Of a stretch of 64,000 bases of DNA, positions 50,894 through 64,000 are shown piece by piece. The DNA is from Azolla caroliniana (taxonomy: Eukaryota > Plantae > Polypodiophyta), in NCBI GenBank assembly GCA_043228905.1, contig JBHGNT010000007.1, positions 6,448,001 to 6,512,000 on the forward strand. Direction: 5' to 3'. The notes beneath the pieces were generated by a model. It saw nothing but the letters and a program-made list of their open reading frames with translations. It made no database searches and was not told where the DNA came from. Within the stretch, counting starts at the first letter, position 1, and every line of letters begins with the position of its first letter. A program made the translations under genes and the position numbers.

Positions 50894-51521
50894 ATACATG
50901 ATACACACACACATACATACATATACATACCAGTGATCACCATATATATATACGTACCTATGTACATACATACGTACGTACGTACATCTTCTTTTTTGTT
51001 CTCCAAAATCAGTCGGTGTGAAGTGTTTGTCATTCTTCTCCCTTCCATCCTCGTCGTCACCATCGATCACCTGCTCAGTTGCCCGAAACCCTAATTTCCT
51101 CTCGCCGACTCGCAGCCGCAGGTTAGTTCGTCTCTTCTTCCACTTCAATTTCTTTTTCCATTCCTTCTTTTTTGCTTCTTCTTCTCTTTCTGCTTTCAAT
51201 TCGTTTTTTCCTGCCTTCCTTTGCACGCCTTCTCTTTTCCTCGCGTCTTCTGCTCGTGTCTCCGAAGTTTTTTTTTTTTTTCTCTCATCCGTTAGCACTA
51301 CTCCTTCGCAGGATTTCTCTTCTCCGCACAATTTATTCTTCCTTCATAAATCCTTTAAATCGATCACGTGTGATTGTTGTATATATTTGTCATGTAATTG
51401 GACAGTGAAATGGTGAAGGTTTCATTCAAAGAGGAGCATACAATGTATTCTTCCTTCATAAATCCTTAACACCAAACACGTGTGATTGTTGTATATATTT
51501 GTCATGTAATTTGACAGTGAA

Positions 51522-52580
<1,059 letters not shown>

Positions 52581-52949
52581 GGTTCACATTTTATGTACAT
52601 AATTACATTTTACATCAAATTAGAGGTTCTCAAGCAGATTCGCAGTGATATGGCATGGTTCTAATAAGAAATGACCGTATTCACGTTAAGTATGTACAAA
52701 CGACTGAAAGTGTTTCATTGTAAGCAAATACTTTGTACCTGTACAAATTCTGCCGACATTAGCTCAATAGATCCTTCCGATTTTGAAAGAGTACATTCTG
52801 CCTTAATGCTTTACATATAAATACTTTTAAATTCCCTTCAACATTTAAAATGTGATATATATGTGATCTATGAATCTAATTTTTTTTTTCCAATTGTAAT
52901 GGTAACTCTAGATTTTGGCAAAATATTTTTTGGGAACGGAATCATCAAA

Positions 52950-53340
52950 GATACCTGACTAGAATGGAATATCTACTTTCTAGGTCTAGATCAATAGTGA
53001 CTACTCAGATTCTACACATAGTAAGAAGCACAGCTCATTTTTGGTCTCATAGGTCATATTTGACCTATAGGGTGACAATAGAATCTATCTCTTTAATCTT
53101 GATTAGATTGGAAGATCTACCTTCTAGTTTTTATTATCAAGAGTCACTACTCAATTCTACACATACGAAGAAACAGGATTTATTTTTGGTCTCATAGGTA
53201 CAACAATAGAATCTATCCCTTACGCTCGATTAGATTGGATGATCTACCTTCTAGTTTTTTATTATCAAGAATCACTACTCAATTCTACACATACGAAAAA
53301 CATGATTCAGTTTTGCCCTTATTGGTCATATTTGACCTCC
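52950..53340. repeat. Three degenerate ~130-bp tandem repeats
   Basis: aatagaatctatc...atctaccttctag...tcactactcaattctacacatacgaa...ttggtctcatagg recurs. Confidence 0.65.
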
Positions 53341-53879
53341 CATTGCTGGAAATATGGAGTGATAGAATCTTAGACTCCACTCAAAAATATTTAAATAAAA
53401 GAGCGCTTCTTTATAAAGTTTTTTAGCCATGCTACAAATGTTCATGCTTCTACTTTGAGAGATTGCAAGTCTTTTTTCATGAACTTTTTCTCGTGCAAGC
53501 CATGCAAACGGTTATCATTGCAAGTGTTAGAGACCATCCTTTTCATCCACAGTGTGCATCATTGTTTCAACACCACTTAGCTCACATTCTTTTCGATAAG
53601 AGATGGGGCATCATTATTGCATAGGTGAGAAAACTCATAAACTATATTTAGTTTTCCTTGAACAAATTTGGGAGTTGACATATTAGACTCTAAAACAATG
53701 ATTGTATTCAACGACATTTGAGTTTTCTTTACACACATTGTCAATGTGATTCACTACCTATACACTCTCTCACAATCATAATGTGCACTCTCAATTGCAA
53801 CACATGTTAGTAAAATTCCTGAACATTGAGAGTCACCATCATTGAAGAGCTTGGGTAGATAATTGAAGAACAAAAGACA

Positions 53880-54880
53880 ATCGGAGTACGCACAAAGTAC
53901 AACACCATGGACAAGAAGGTGAACCCAATAGTTTCCCCCTTGCCAAACAACAATTGGCAACGGATAAAGGGAGTGGCTATTGATCCTAGCTTAAGGAACC
54001 TACGAGGCATAGGCACCAGTTCACTAACGAAACGAGAGGGAAGCTCTATATTGGTGGGGGTGACTTCCTATTGCCCGATGAGGAGTCAAGGTTTAGAAGG
54101 ATGATTGAAAGCCATGGAAGAGCTTTCACATTCTTGCCAAACAAGATAGGGTGCGCATTTACCATGGAATATCAAGTCAATCCTAGTGCCAAGAACTCAC
54201 ATCCGAATGTTGTATGAGATACTCGAGAAAAATCGACATACCAAATCTTTGAACCTTCCAATGCATGATACTCGAAGCAATGGTTCACAGTGCCTCAGAA
54301 GAATGAAAGTCTAGGCTTCATTTGAGACTTGCAACTTGTCAACAAAGTGGCAATCACAATGGAGGAGTCCGATCAAGTGTCGATGAGTTCGTCAACGCCT
54401 TCATAGAAAGGCCCATCTTTTCAATCATAGATTTGTACTTAGAGTACGACCATTTCCAACTAGTTATGGAAAATAGGGTGATCACGATGATGTGAACCCC
54501 TATCGCCCTAGTACGGATGTGTACCCTGTCAAAAGGCAACACAAACTCTGTTGCCCACATGGGAATGCAATGAACAAGTTTTTAAGAGATTGCATCCCAA
54601 ACATCACCACATCATTCCTCAATGATATCCAAGGAAAAGGGTGGTTGGAAGCAGATAAAGATGAGACTTTGGATGAGGATGGGTTCAATCGCTTCATGGC
54701 AGGTCATATCACCGATTGTGAGAAAGACCTGCAAAGATAGGGGGAGGCATGCCTAACCTTCTTAGGCGAGAAGTTGGAATTTGATCAATCGGAGATTGTC
54801 ATGGTGGGACACATGCGGGGATATGGATGAAAGTCATCCATGGCAAAGGTGGACACCATCAAGGAAATGGAGGAAGAATG
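53880..54880 (+). mobile_element. Degenerate Ty3/gypsy RT remnant, interrupted by a copia
   Basis: Fragments such as RDCIPNITTSFLNDIQGKG and AKVDTIKEMEEEC resemble the pol at the window end. Confidence 0.65.
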
Positions 54881-57810
54881 TGTTGAGTGGACAACCTCAA
54901 CCAGATCCGGAACTGAATAAACCGGAGCTAGATCAGTATCCGGAACTGAGAAGCCGGATCGGATGGTAACCGGTAGGCCGTTAAAGGTCTACAATCTTGG
55001 CCTAGTATGTAGGCAGATTCCTTGGAGTTAGTGTCAATTGCTCGTATGAGCATTGAAGTACTTATCATTACTTCTGTCAGTCCTTTTAAGGACTTGTATA
55101 AAAAGTGTTATGTAGGACTTGTAGGGCACAATATCTTTTACATGGTATCATAGTGTGAGGGTTGAGAATCCTCTGCTGCCGACGAGTGACGCTCACAGAC
55201 AAACCCTAACACCCGATAAAGAACAGAAAGGAGAGAATGGACCGAGGAATGGCTAGCTCGCTCCCGATGGAGAAGCTCGACAGATCCAATTATGCATCCT
55301 GGCCGTACAAGATGCACTAATACCTGCGCGGGCATGGCTACTAGAGTTATGTTGACAGAGCTAGTCATTTAGATCATAGATCAAAGTATGAAGGTCCAGT
55401 TCACTCACCATGGATGCTTCATCAAGGAGGAAGGCTGGATCATCGCGCAAGGGCGCCGGGATGGAAGAATGTCCATCCTCGAAACTAATGATGTTAGCAC
55501 TGCTATGTTCGCAAAAGGGCAAAAGTTCAAATCGGACATTGACCTATAGCATAAGTGGATCGACCATATCAACTTACGGAAGCTTTAGGAATTGTAGTCG
55601 AAACACGTAGTTTACGGACAACCGAAGTTCAGTGGTCGGAAAGGCTAAATATGTGAAGCTTGCCAACATGGGAAGTAGCACATGCTTCTGTTCCCCAACG
55701 AGAACAATCAGAGCCGGCATCGGCTCGATCTTATTCATTCGGATGAGTGGGGACCGACGCAAAATGTGAGCATGAGTCGGTATTTCTTCTCCTTCATCGA
55801 CGATTTCAGTCGACACACTTGGATCTATCTGATCGAGAAGAAGGGCAAAGTCTTCTCTTGCTTCCGGGACCTAAAGAATCATGTAGAGCGAGAAACCAAA
55901 AGTAAGATTAAGTGTCTGAGATCGGATGGCGGGAAAGAGTACTTTTCTGGCAAGTTCACTAGTTATCTGCAGACCAAGGGAATTCGCGGAGAGTTCTTCT
56001 CTAGATACGTGCCGGAGCAGAACGACATGGCCGAACGTCAGAATCAGACATTGGTAGAAGCGGCGAAGGCAATGCTGAAGGAGAGGAGCATGCCCCAGAT
56101 TTATTGGGCCGAAGAAATTCGAACATCTGTGTACATATAGAATCAGATATCTGCCTCAAGGACGAAGGTGTCGCCGCACGAACTATATTTTGAGCGGAAG
56201 CCGAATTTGGCGCACCTTCGGGTATTCGGCATCATTCCGTATGTGCATGTGCCGAATGAAAAGCGAAGGAAACTGATGCAAAATCCGAGAAGTGCATGCT
56301 GGTTGGCTACTTTGACGAACAAAAGGGGTATAAGTGCTACAACCCCCATTCAAAGAAAGTCCAAGTTAGTCGTGATGTCGACTTCGACGAATCAACATCT
56401 TGGTACCTCGCATCACTTGAAATTGAGTCAATTGCTACGCATGAGGCGACAAACTGAACGATCGGATACTCCGACTTCCCTCCGGATCAGTGGACCAAAT
56501 CCAGATTGGTTGAGCTGGAGCAATCAACCAGATGACGAGCCGACGAGTAGCAAAGACTCAACCGTGCTCTCCCCGCGCAAGGAGCCAAGGAGATGGTTCA
56601 CGCGCACAGAGAAAGGGAAGAAGAAGATGTCGGAATATGACACCGATAGAGATGAATCGGATCGGAGCAAATCTGATTTTGGAAAGAACAAAGGAGGATC
56701 TTCAAAAGAGAACAATGAGTCGGCCAAGAGGGACAAGAAATCAGCAAAGCAGAAACTGTGCCGATCCACGCGCCAAAAGCACCCCGTAGTTCAATATAGA
56801 TATAACGAGTATATGGTGCATCATTATGCATACATGGTGAAGGTGGCAACCGTGCGTGAGCCGGAGATCTACGTTGAAGCGGCTAAGGATCCAAACTAGC
56901 ACAAGGACATGGGGGAAGAGATGCAGCGCTCATGGAGAATGAGACGTGGGACTTGGTGGATGTACCGACAAGAGTGAAGCCAATCAGTTGTCGACGGGTA
57001 TACAAGGTCAAATACAACACCGATGGCTTCGTCAACCGGTACAAGGCCCGGTTAGTGGCAAAAGGCTACGCGCAACAACACGACATCGACTACGATGAGA
57101 CGTTCACGCCAGTCACAAAGATGATGACCGTCCATGTCTTGTGTGCGGTGGCAGTGGTGAAGGGGTGGCATCTACATCAAACGGATGTGAAAAATGCGTT
57201 CCTACAAGGTGACCTTGAGGAACATGTATATGGTCCCGCCCCATTTATTTCAATCCGGAATGAACACGTCGGCCATTTGCTGACTGAAGAAGTCTCACTA
57301 CGGACTCAAGCAAGCCCCGCGTGCCTGGAACGTGAAAATTACGCAGCGACTGCGTTAGATGGGGTTTTCCACGTCAATTTCAGACTCAGTTCACTTTTCA
57401 TCTGGCGAGGTCCAAACATGCCCGTAAGCATTTTGCTTTATGTTGATGATTTAGTCATCATCGGCGCTGACATGGACGAAATCGACCGCGTCAAGTATGA
57501 ACACGCAACATCGTTTGACATGAAGGATCTTGGGGACCTTCATTACTTCCTCGGGATTGAAGTGATCCGCAGCTCGGAAGGCATACTGATCAATCAACGC
57601 CACTATGTGTTAAGTATGCTCTTGAAATTCATTATGACCGCATGCAAGTCTGTCTCAACTCCTCTGGATAGGAATGTGAGGCTCCGCCCCGACTCGGGAA
57701 TGACACGCGACCCGACACGGTTCCGACAAATAGTCGGAAGCCTCATATATCTGATCATCACCCAGCTGGACCTCAGATATTCGGTCGAATTGATTAGTCA
57801 TCCGTGGGAC
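54881..57810 (+). mobile_element. Ty1/copia element (same family as 20326-42601), internally deleted and cut by a gypsy insertion
   Basis: LTR 54881-55142 (TGTTGAG...TTTTACA), PBS TGGTATCA at 55143, gag start MASSLPMEKLDRSNYASW, integrase LRSDGGKEYFS, RT QTDVKNAFL/LYVDDL. Confidence 0.9.
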
Positions 57811-57813
57811 ATA

Positions 57814-60800
57814 TGTGAAACGTAATAGGTATTAGGTAACAATAGGTAAACAACCGAAAGCAATAAGATGCAACCAAAATAAACAAAGCCATAAACGTGG
57901 AAGGAGAAGGAGTGCGCCAAGGAACATCTATATAAGGAGCAACAGATCGAAGGAAGAACAAATACATATAGGAGGAGATATAGAGAGAAGTCAGAGGTTA
58001 CTATGTAATTAGTCCTACTATAGTGTATCTGATACATTCTGGCAGATAGCCGTGTAACTGTAATCACTACTCATTTCGTAATTTAAACATTGTTGGGTGT
58101 ATGCTTTTGTCATTGTTTGCTTTTAATAAGTGTTAAGTAACCTATCTCTCCTTATTGTGTATGTATAGCCGAGGGTTCCTCTTACGTAATCTGTAGGGTG
58201 TCATCCCCTTTCGTAAAAGCGATCTGACCACCACGTACCACAATCCTTTGGTCCGATTCTAGTTAGGAATCGAAGGTGTCGCCTCCGGAGAGGAAGGCAA
58301 CACAATTTGGCACGCCCGGTTCACATTGTGTAGCACAACGAAGTCACGTGGTGGTAATTCCTGTCACCAGTACGACGCCCAACAGAAGTAGTCGTTCTCA
58401 ACCACCGTCTCGCGGCACCGAGCCTGCCGAGGAGACGGCCTATTCCATGCTCACACAACATGCGTCCCCGGAATCGCGAGCCTCGCCGTCAGTCCATCCA
58501 GAAACCCAATCTTCGCCACCAGTAATCCTAGACTCACAGTGACATATCGGTCCTAATATTGCTACCCCTCCAAGTCCTCCAGAAGTCTCACCTCCACCGA
58601 TCGCAACCCGTTCCCAGCCCTTCCGGACGACCCAGATCTTGATACAATGTCGTATCACCCCTATGTCCGCTACACGGATGGCCCAGATGCCGAAGCCCAC
58701 ATCCGCTCCTTTCTCAACACGTGGCAAGCCAACCATTTGACACAACGACTCATGAACGCGAAGATCGACGCCTCCAAAATCGCCGAATTCACTCTCTCCC
58801 TCAACGGCCCCGCTAAACACTGGTTTTTCTGGCACGATCCTGGGGAGTTCACCACATTCTAGGATGTCCGCACGCAGTTTCTGGAATTATTTCACAGAGA
58901 GATTCCCAAACGGGAATTGCTTCAGCAATTTTACACAATCACACAAGCACCCAACGAAACCGTATCCCAGTTTGTTCTCCAATTTCAAGATCTCTACCGC
59001 CAACTGGCACAGGATGTCTTAGCCAACCATCTAAAGGATACGTTCCTAGCCGGCCTCCGTAAGCCTTTATGCACGACGTTGGCTCTCACGGATTTTTCAC
59101 AACAAACCATCGAGCAAGTGGTTGCCCGTGTTCTTGCGCTCGATAGGGCACATCATAGCAATTCATTCGCAATGGGCACGCTTCAAACAACCTTACCAAT
59201 GACTAAGGAAACACAGTTCCAGCAAGCGTTACAATGCATGGTATGCACCAGATCTGGGCACTCCGCCCTTGATTGTCCTTCACGACCACACTGCCCCATA
59301 TGCCATTCACGGGTCCACACGATCGTGCAGTGCAAATATAACATGCTGAACTGAACGACCACGGCCCAGGTCACCAAATTGAGCCTCATCCCAATCAGGC
59401 GCAACCACCCCCACTGAACAAAGAGGTGACATGGCCGTGGGAAGAAAACCGGCCACAATACAACACGGGGGGTACCTTTGACACGGCGTGTTACAATCAG
59501 GAAAAACAATATTGTACCAAGCCCTGTTGCTACCCCAATCAACCACACCACATGAACGAGCACTAGCACTATCATTAGGATCACCACCACTCCTGCAGGG
59601 ATTACGACCACGATGGCCCACGGAATTATCGTGGCTTTCGATATAATCGTGGTTTCCGTAATTTCGGCAACTGCCGACACTTTGACAATTGTCGCCGCGA
59701 TAATCAACGTGACAATAATTGGCACAACCCCTCAATGGAGGCTCGGGGCAACCCTCCACAGGGATATCCACTGTAGGGACGGGAAGATCAACCACAAAAT
59801 CGACCACAAACCCACTTCGAGCACGACGACCCTCGGGGCAACCCTCCACAGGGATATCCACCGTAGGGACGGGAAGATCAACCACAAAATCGAACACAAC
59901 CACTTCGAGCACGACAACCCCAGTACCTCGACACCCATCATCTGTTTTAAGTGCAATCAACCAGGCCACTACGCGAATGAGTGCCCCACCAACAATAGGG
60001 GCAAAGCATTGGCAGTAAACATGATCACAGTCGACGTGCAGTAGGTGACCACACGTAGTAAAACCACGCAACAATCGCAGTGGGACTTCCTAGACTCTTT
60101 TCGTCAACAAGCTAAGGACTGGGTAGATGCAGCCAATAACGCCACCATAGATAGTATGAAAGCCGACATAGCAGAATCCAGTGAACGGAAACACGACCAA
60201 CTACAGACCGCACACTCGAATCGACCTAGCTCTATGGATCACATTGAGACCGACCGCGGGTGGCAGGCGTTCGCGGACTCCCAAATCTCAATGCCGTTGC
60301 ATAAGTTGCTCCACCTGTTACCTCGCTTCAAAGAGACGGTCCATTCCCTCACAAATCGGAATCCGTTGCATCCATCTGTAAACCTCACGGCCCCGACACG
60401 AGGAACTCCTCTGATGGATTCACAAAATCCAGTCGTACAACTCATCTTACGAGGTCACGAAGTTCTCGGATGCATTATCGATGGTGGGTCCGGCGTCCAT
60501 GTCATTAGCGAAGTGACATGCAACAAGATCGGCATCACTCAATGGGAGTCGTGCCCATTCTGGTTACGAATGCCGGATACAAGGTCGATACGCCTGATAG
60601 GCTTAATCCGAAACTTGGAATTTACCTTGGGGGGACACACTTTTACTATGTCAGCCGTAATCTTATGCTTAGAGGCCCCCGACGCTTACCCCCTCCTGCT
60701 TGGACATCCATGGCTAGGTACTGCCAACATCAAGCAACACTGGTAGCGTAACATGATCTCATTTTGGTGCGGGAAAACTAAAGTCCGCATTCTTACGGAA

Positions 60801-61049
60801 TCACAGACCCTGACTCCTCCTGACAACAACCCATTATACGCTGAAGGAGTCCATTTGTTAGATGGTCTCGCGGACGACGGGATGAACTCATTCTTGGATG
60901 AGCACCCTATGATAGTTCCACTTTTTGAAATCGACGTCCGTTTGGCCGTTGAACCCTACGTAGCCAACGCCATCAATCACGAAGTTCCCCACGAACCCGT
61001 CTCGGCATCAATAAAAGAACTTCAACAAGCCCGTGATGCACTTGACCGT
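57814..61049 (+). mobile_element. Ty3/gypsy element: 5' LTR, gag and protease, degenerate and interrupted
   Basis: LTR ~57814-58304 (left end approximate), PBS-like TTTGGCACGCCCG, gag with knuckles CMVCTRSGHSALDC, CPICHSRVHTIVQC and CFKCNQPGHYANEC, protease CIIDGGSG..LLLGHPW. Confidence 0.85.
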
Positions 61050-64000
61050 TGTCATGTTGTTTCGCTTACGCATGGGAAACTAAGGTGGGACCGCGGGGGC
61101 CTTGGACTGAGAAGCGAAAGAGATCGAAGAGAGAGAGAGAGAGAGAGTAGAGCCGATGAATACCCGCTTCCGGCAAGCAGCGCTTACCGGCCGAATGAAC
61201 CACGACCGCGTGTATAGAATGAAGAGAGACGTGCAGTCACTAGACAATGAAGGGAAACACGCAGGAAAATGCCGAGAGATGGAAAACAGGTGAATCAAGT
61301 AATAAAAATAATTACAGCGATTGCAAGACTACAACCGGCAAGCCGGCAACAGACCCAACACAGGCTACCACACACCCACGCACGCACACAGTGGAGCCTC
61401 TGCCGGAAGCACTCGGGCTTTCCTCGAAGTAGAGGCGACCGACCCAAAACCCGCAGTGAACAACGATAAAGGGGGAGAGAGCTCGGTTCCCAATCCGACA
61501 ACGCCTCGTCCTCACCAAAACGGGATATAAATCCCAATCTCCCCCCTTTCCTTTTATAGGCCGTCGGGTAGGGGCCGTTGCATCCTAGTCACATCACCTT
61601 TATTCTCTATCCTTTCGGACAGAGATCCACTTCGATTTACTAACCTATTCATATATTCTACCTAGGATATTCACATTACGCCGGCCTATTCCTAGTTATG
61701 CACAAAGTGTTGGTTTGCGTGCTCACGCGTAAGCGTCGATTCACACGCCTAATTCCTTGATTCCACCTGAGGCGGGTTTTCTCCACGACATCCACCCCCA
61801 CCAAACTGCGCATCCACCGGCATGCGCCAGAGAGGGAGAAATGTTGGAGAAACCCGTCTTGCATTCACCCATTGCTCTCCGAAACTTCATCTGCTCCGAA
61901 CTGGTTGTCATCGTCGTCCTCGCTTCCCGGGTCCGGCTCGTCTTCATGCCGCTTCTTGAAGGTCTTGATCCTCTTCTCGGCTACCGGCATCGCTATCCGC
62001 GTCCTGTCGAGCTCCGCAAGGTGGTAAGTACCGTTGTCGTTTGCGCTCGTTATGGTGTACGGCCCGAACCACCTCCTCGCAAACTTTCGTGTCGCCTTGT
62101 GTTGATTGTCGAGGTTGTTGTTGTAAACCAGCACCCAGTTGCCTTGCTCAATCTTCTTCGGCCGTAGCCAGTGCGTTCATTCAAAACGGCTCTTGTTCCT
62201 CGCCCTCGCTGCATGCAGCTTCGCCTTAGCCCGTTCCACGTCCTCCGGTCTTCGCTCGAGTTGTCGAATCCACGCTACCAACAGCTCCTCCCGGCTCATC
62301 TCGTCCTTCCAGTCCACCGCGGCCCAGGAAGAAATTGTCCACTCCGCTGACATGAACCCGGTCACCGAACTGTGCATAGTTCGGTCCGCCCATAGGGCGT
62401 AAGGTAGGAGCCACGACCAACTCCCGATTTGTCCTTCACATGCGCGTATTAATGCTTTCACGCTCGGCCCGTGCCCGCACTCTACCTTCCCGTTTGCCTC
62501 CGGATTGTACGCCGTAGTGAGAGAGAGTTTAACCCCTAATTGGTCGAACAACTCTTCGGCTTCCTGCACATCCAACTCACCCCGGTCAGCTACTATCTTT
62601 CCTATGCACCCATACCGACATACCACCTCTTCGATCAAGAACCGGCACACGGCCGCGGTCGTCTTGTTCTATAGTGCGCGGCCCTCCACCTAATTTGTCA
62701 AGTCGTCCCGCACAAGCACCAGGTACCGCATCTGCCCTACCCCCATCGGCATCATAACTAAGTCTACCATCCACTTGAAATGAACGGTCGGCAGGTAGGT
62801 TCGGTGCAACTCGTCTCGATGTCGGATCGCGGAGTGCATCTAACACCTCTCGCACATTGTTACGAATCGGTGCATGTCCTGGCACAACCCCGGCCACTAG
62901 TACTTCTCCTTCAGCTTCTCAAACATGCCCCATGTCCTGCGATGTTCGGCCTAGGGACTCTCGTGGTACGCCGTTAGTAACTTCACTCGCTCTTCCTTTC
63001 CTGCCACTACGCGGAGTGGGATGCCGCCTCGCTTCTTCGGGTGCCTCCATATGTTCCTGTCCCGTAGGAGGAATCCGTATGCCTTCTTCCGTATTTGGTT
63101 AGCTTCGTCTTTTGTCCATGTTGCGTCCAGCGTCATCGTCTTTAAGAACCTACCGATCTGGAGCCACTCCCTGTCATACTCGCCTTCGTTAAACTCGTTA
63201 GGCGCCAGAGTGCTCCTTGCCCTCATTGTCACGTAAGCCAACTCGAAGAAGTCCACGCCGACTTCTTCGTCCTTCAAAACCATGTTGTCCTCGTTGTCGT
63301 ACCGTGCTCTAGAAAGCATGTCGGCCATGGTGTTGTCTTTCTCGTAAATGTGCCGTATTTCCAGAATCAGGGACTTGATGTACGCAATCCACCTGAGCAT
63401 CGCCAGGTCCGGCGTCGCACATCCGGAAACCATACCAAGGATCGGTAGGCAGTTCGTCTCGATTATCACCTCCATCCCGATTAAGTAGTCTTTGTCAGCC
63501 TTAACTACCGAAATGATACCCCAGAGTTCGCGTTTAACTTGGGCACATCCTCGCTGCCGCTCACTCAACACTTTCGCTCCGAACCGGATGGGGAACCTCG
63601 TTTCACTCTCGTCCTCCTGGTTGACCACCCATCCTATCCCCGTTGGGCTCATGTCTACCGTAACGTAAATTGGGACGTCCTTGCCGTAAACCGCTTTCCG
63701 GAGCGCCGGTGCCGCGGTTAGTGCCTCCTTCAGTCTACGAACCGACTCTGCATGCTCCTCGCCCCACTCGAATTTATGCCCCTTCTTCAGCAACCCGTAG
63801 AACGGCTCCGCGACATGCGCGTAATGCGGAATCCAGATATGGTAGAATGCGCACGCGCCCAAGAACCTCTGCACCCTACGTAGCCGACTTGCATTCTTCC
63901 TTCAATGTGGAGATGGCTTCTACCTTTGCCGGAGACGGTTTTCGGCCGTAAGGCCTGCACAAGTGCCCGACCACTAGGATCTCCGACTGCCCCGAAAGCC
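61050..64000 (-). mobile_element. Ty3/gypsy element: 3' LTR plus integrase/RNase H/RT, running off the window
   Basis: LTR 61050-61790 (TGTCATG...CACGACA) with adjacent PPT. pol motifs RFLGACAFYHIWIPHYAH, RELWG, ADMLSR, IVADRGE, AYNPEANGKVE and RWFGPY. Confidence 0.92.

Noticed and set aside
50882-51416. Lys/Glu-rich and Phe/Ser-rich ORFs upstream of ATG8
   Set aside because: They overlap the pyrimidine-rich 5'UTR and intron of ATG8 and are compositional artefacts.
59183-60074. 180-aa and 255-aa minus-strand ORFs
   Set aside because: They are antisense shadows of the gypsy gag low-complexity region.

Overview
Plant genomic DNA, probably from a fern or other seed-free plant (an inference from the PLS-PPR genes and the transposon content). 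Host genes: a PLS-class PPR gene running off the left edge (1-996, -), a GTD-binding/MyoB-type coiled-coil gene, a second PLS-E PPR gene and a 5-exon ATG8. The rest is mostly transposons: a solo LTR, a LINE remnant, a hAT-type MITE, two MULE-like long-TIR elements and a stack of Ty1/copia and Ty3/gypsy elements at the right end. The key structure is a four-level nest: MULE-like element (19842-47199) > copia (20326-42601, TSD ATTCA) > outer TIR element (25429-42465, TSD ATTA) > inner TIR element (25904-35310, TSD TGAC). The two inner elements are diverged members of one DNA-transposon family with 5'-AACAC TIRs and 4-bp TSDs. Each has a Sola-like DDD transposase with a C-terminal BAH/SH3-like module. 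Each also has a divergently transcribed 6-exon gene fusing a ParB/Srx-like domain to a prokaryote-type beta-class N6A/N4C DNA methyltransferase. Intron 1 of that gene holds an element-specific palindrome array with a 51-bp period in both elements. The inner copy looks fully intact; the outer copy is pseudogenised. Domain calls come from motif recognition by eye, not from database searches.
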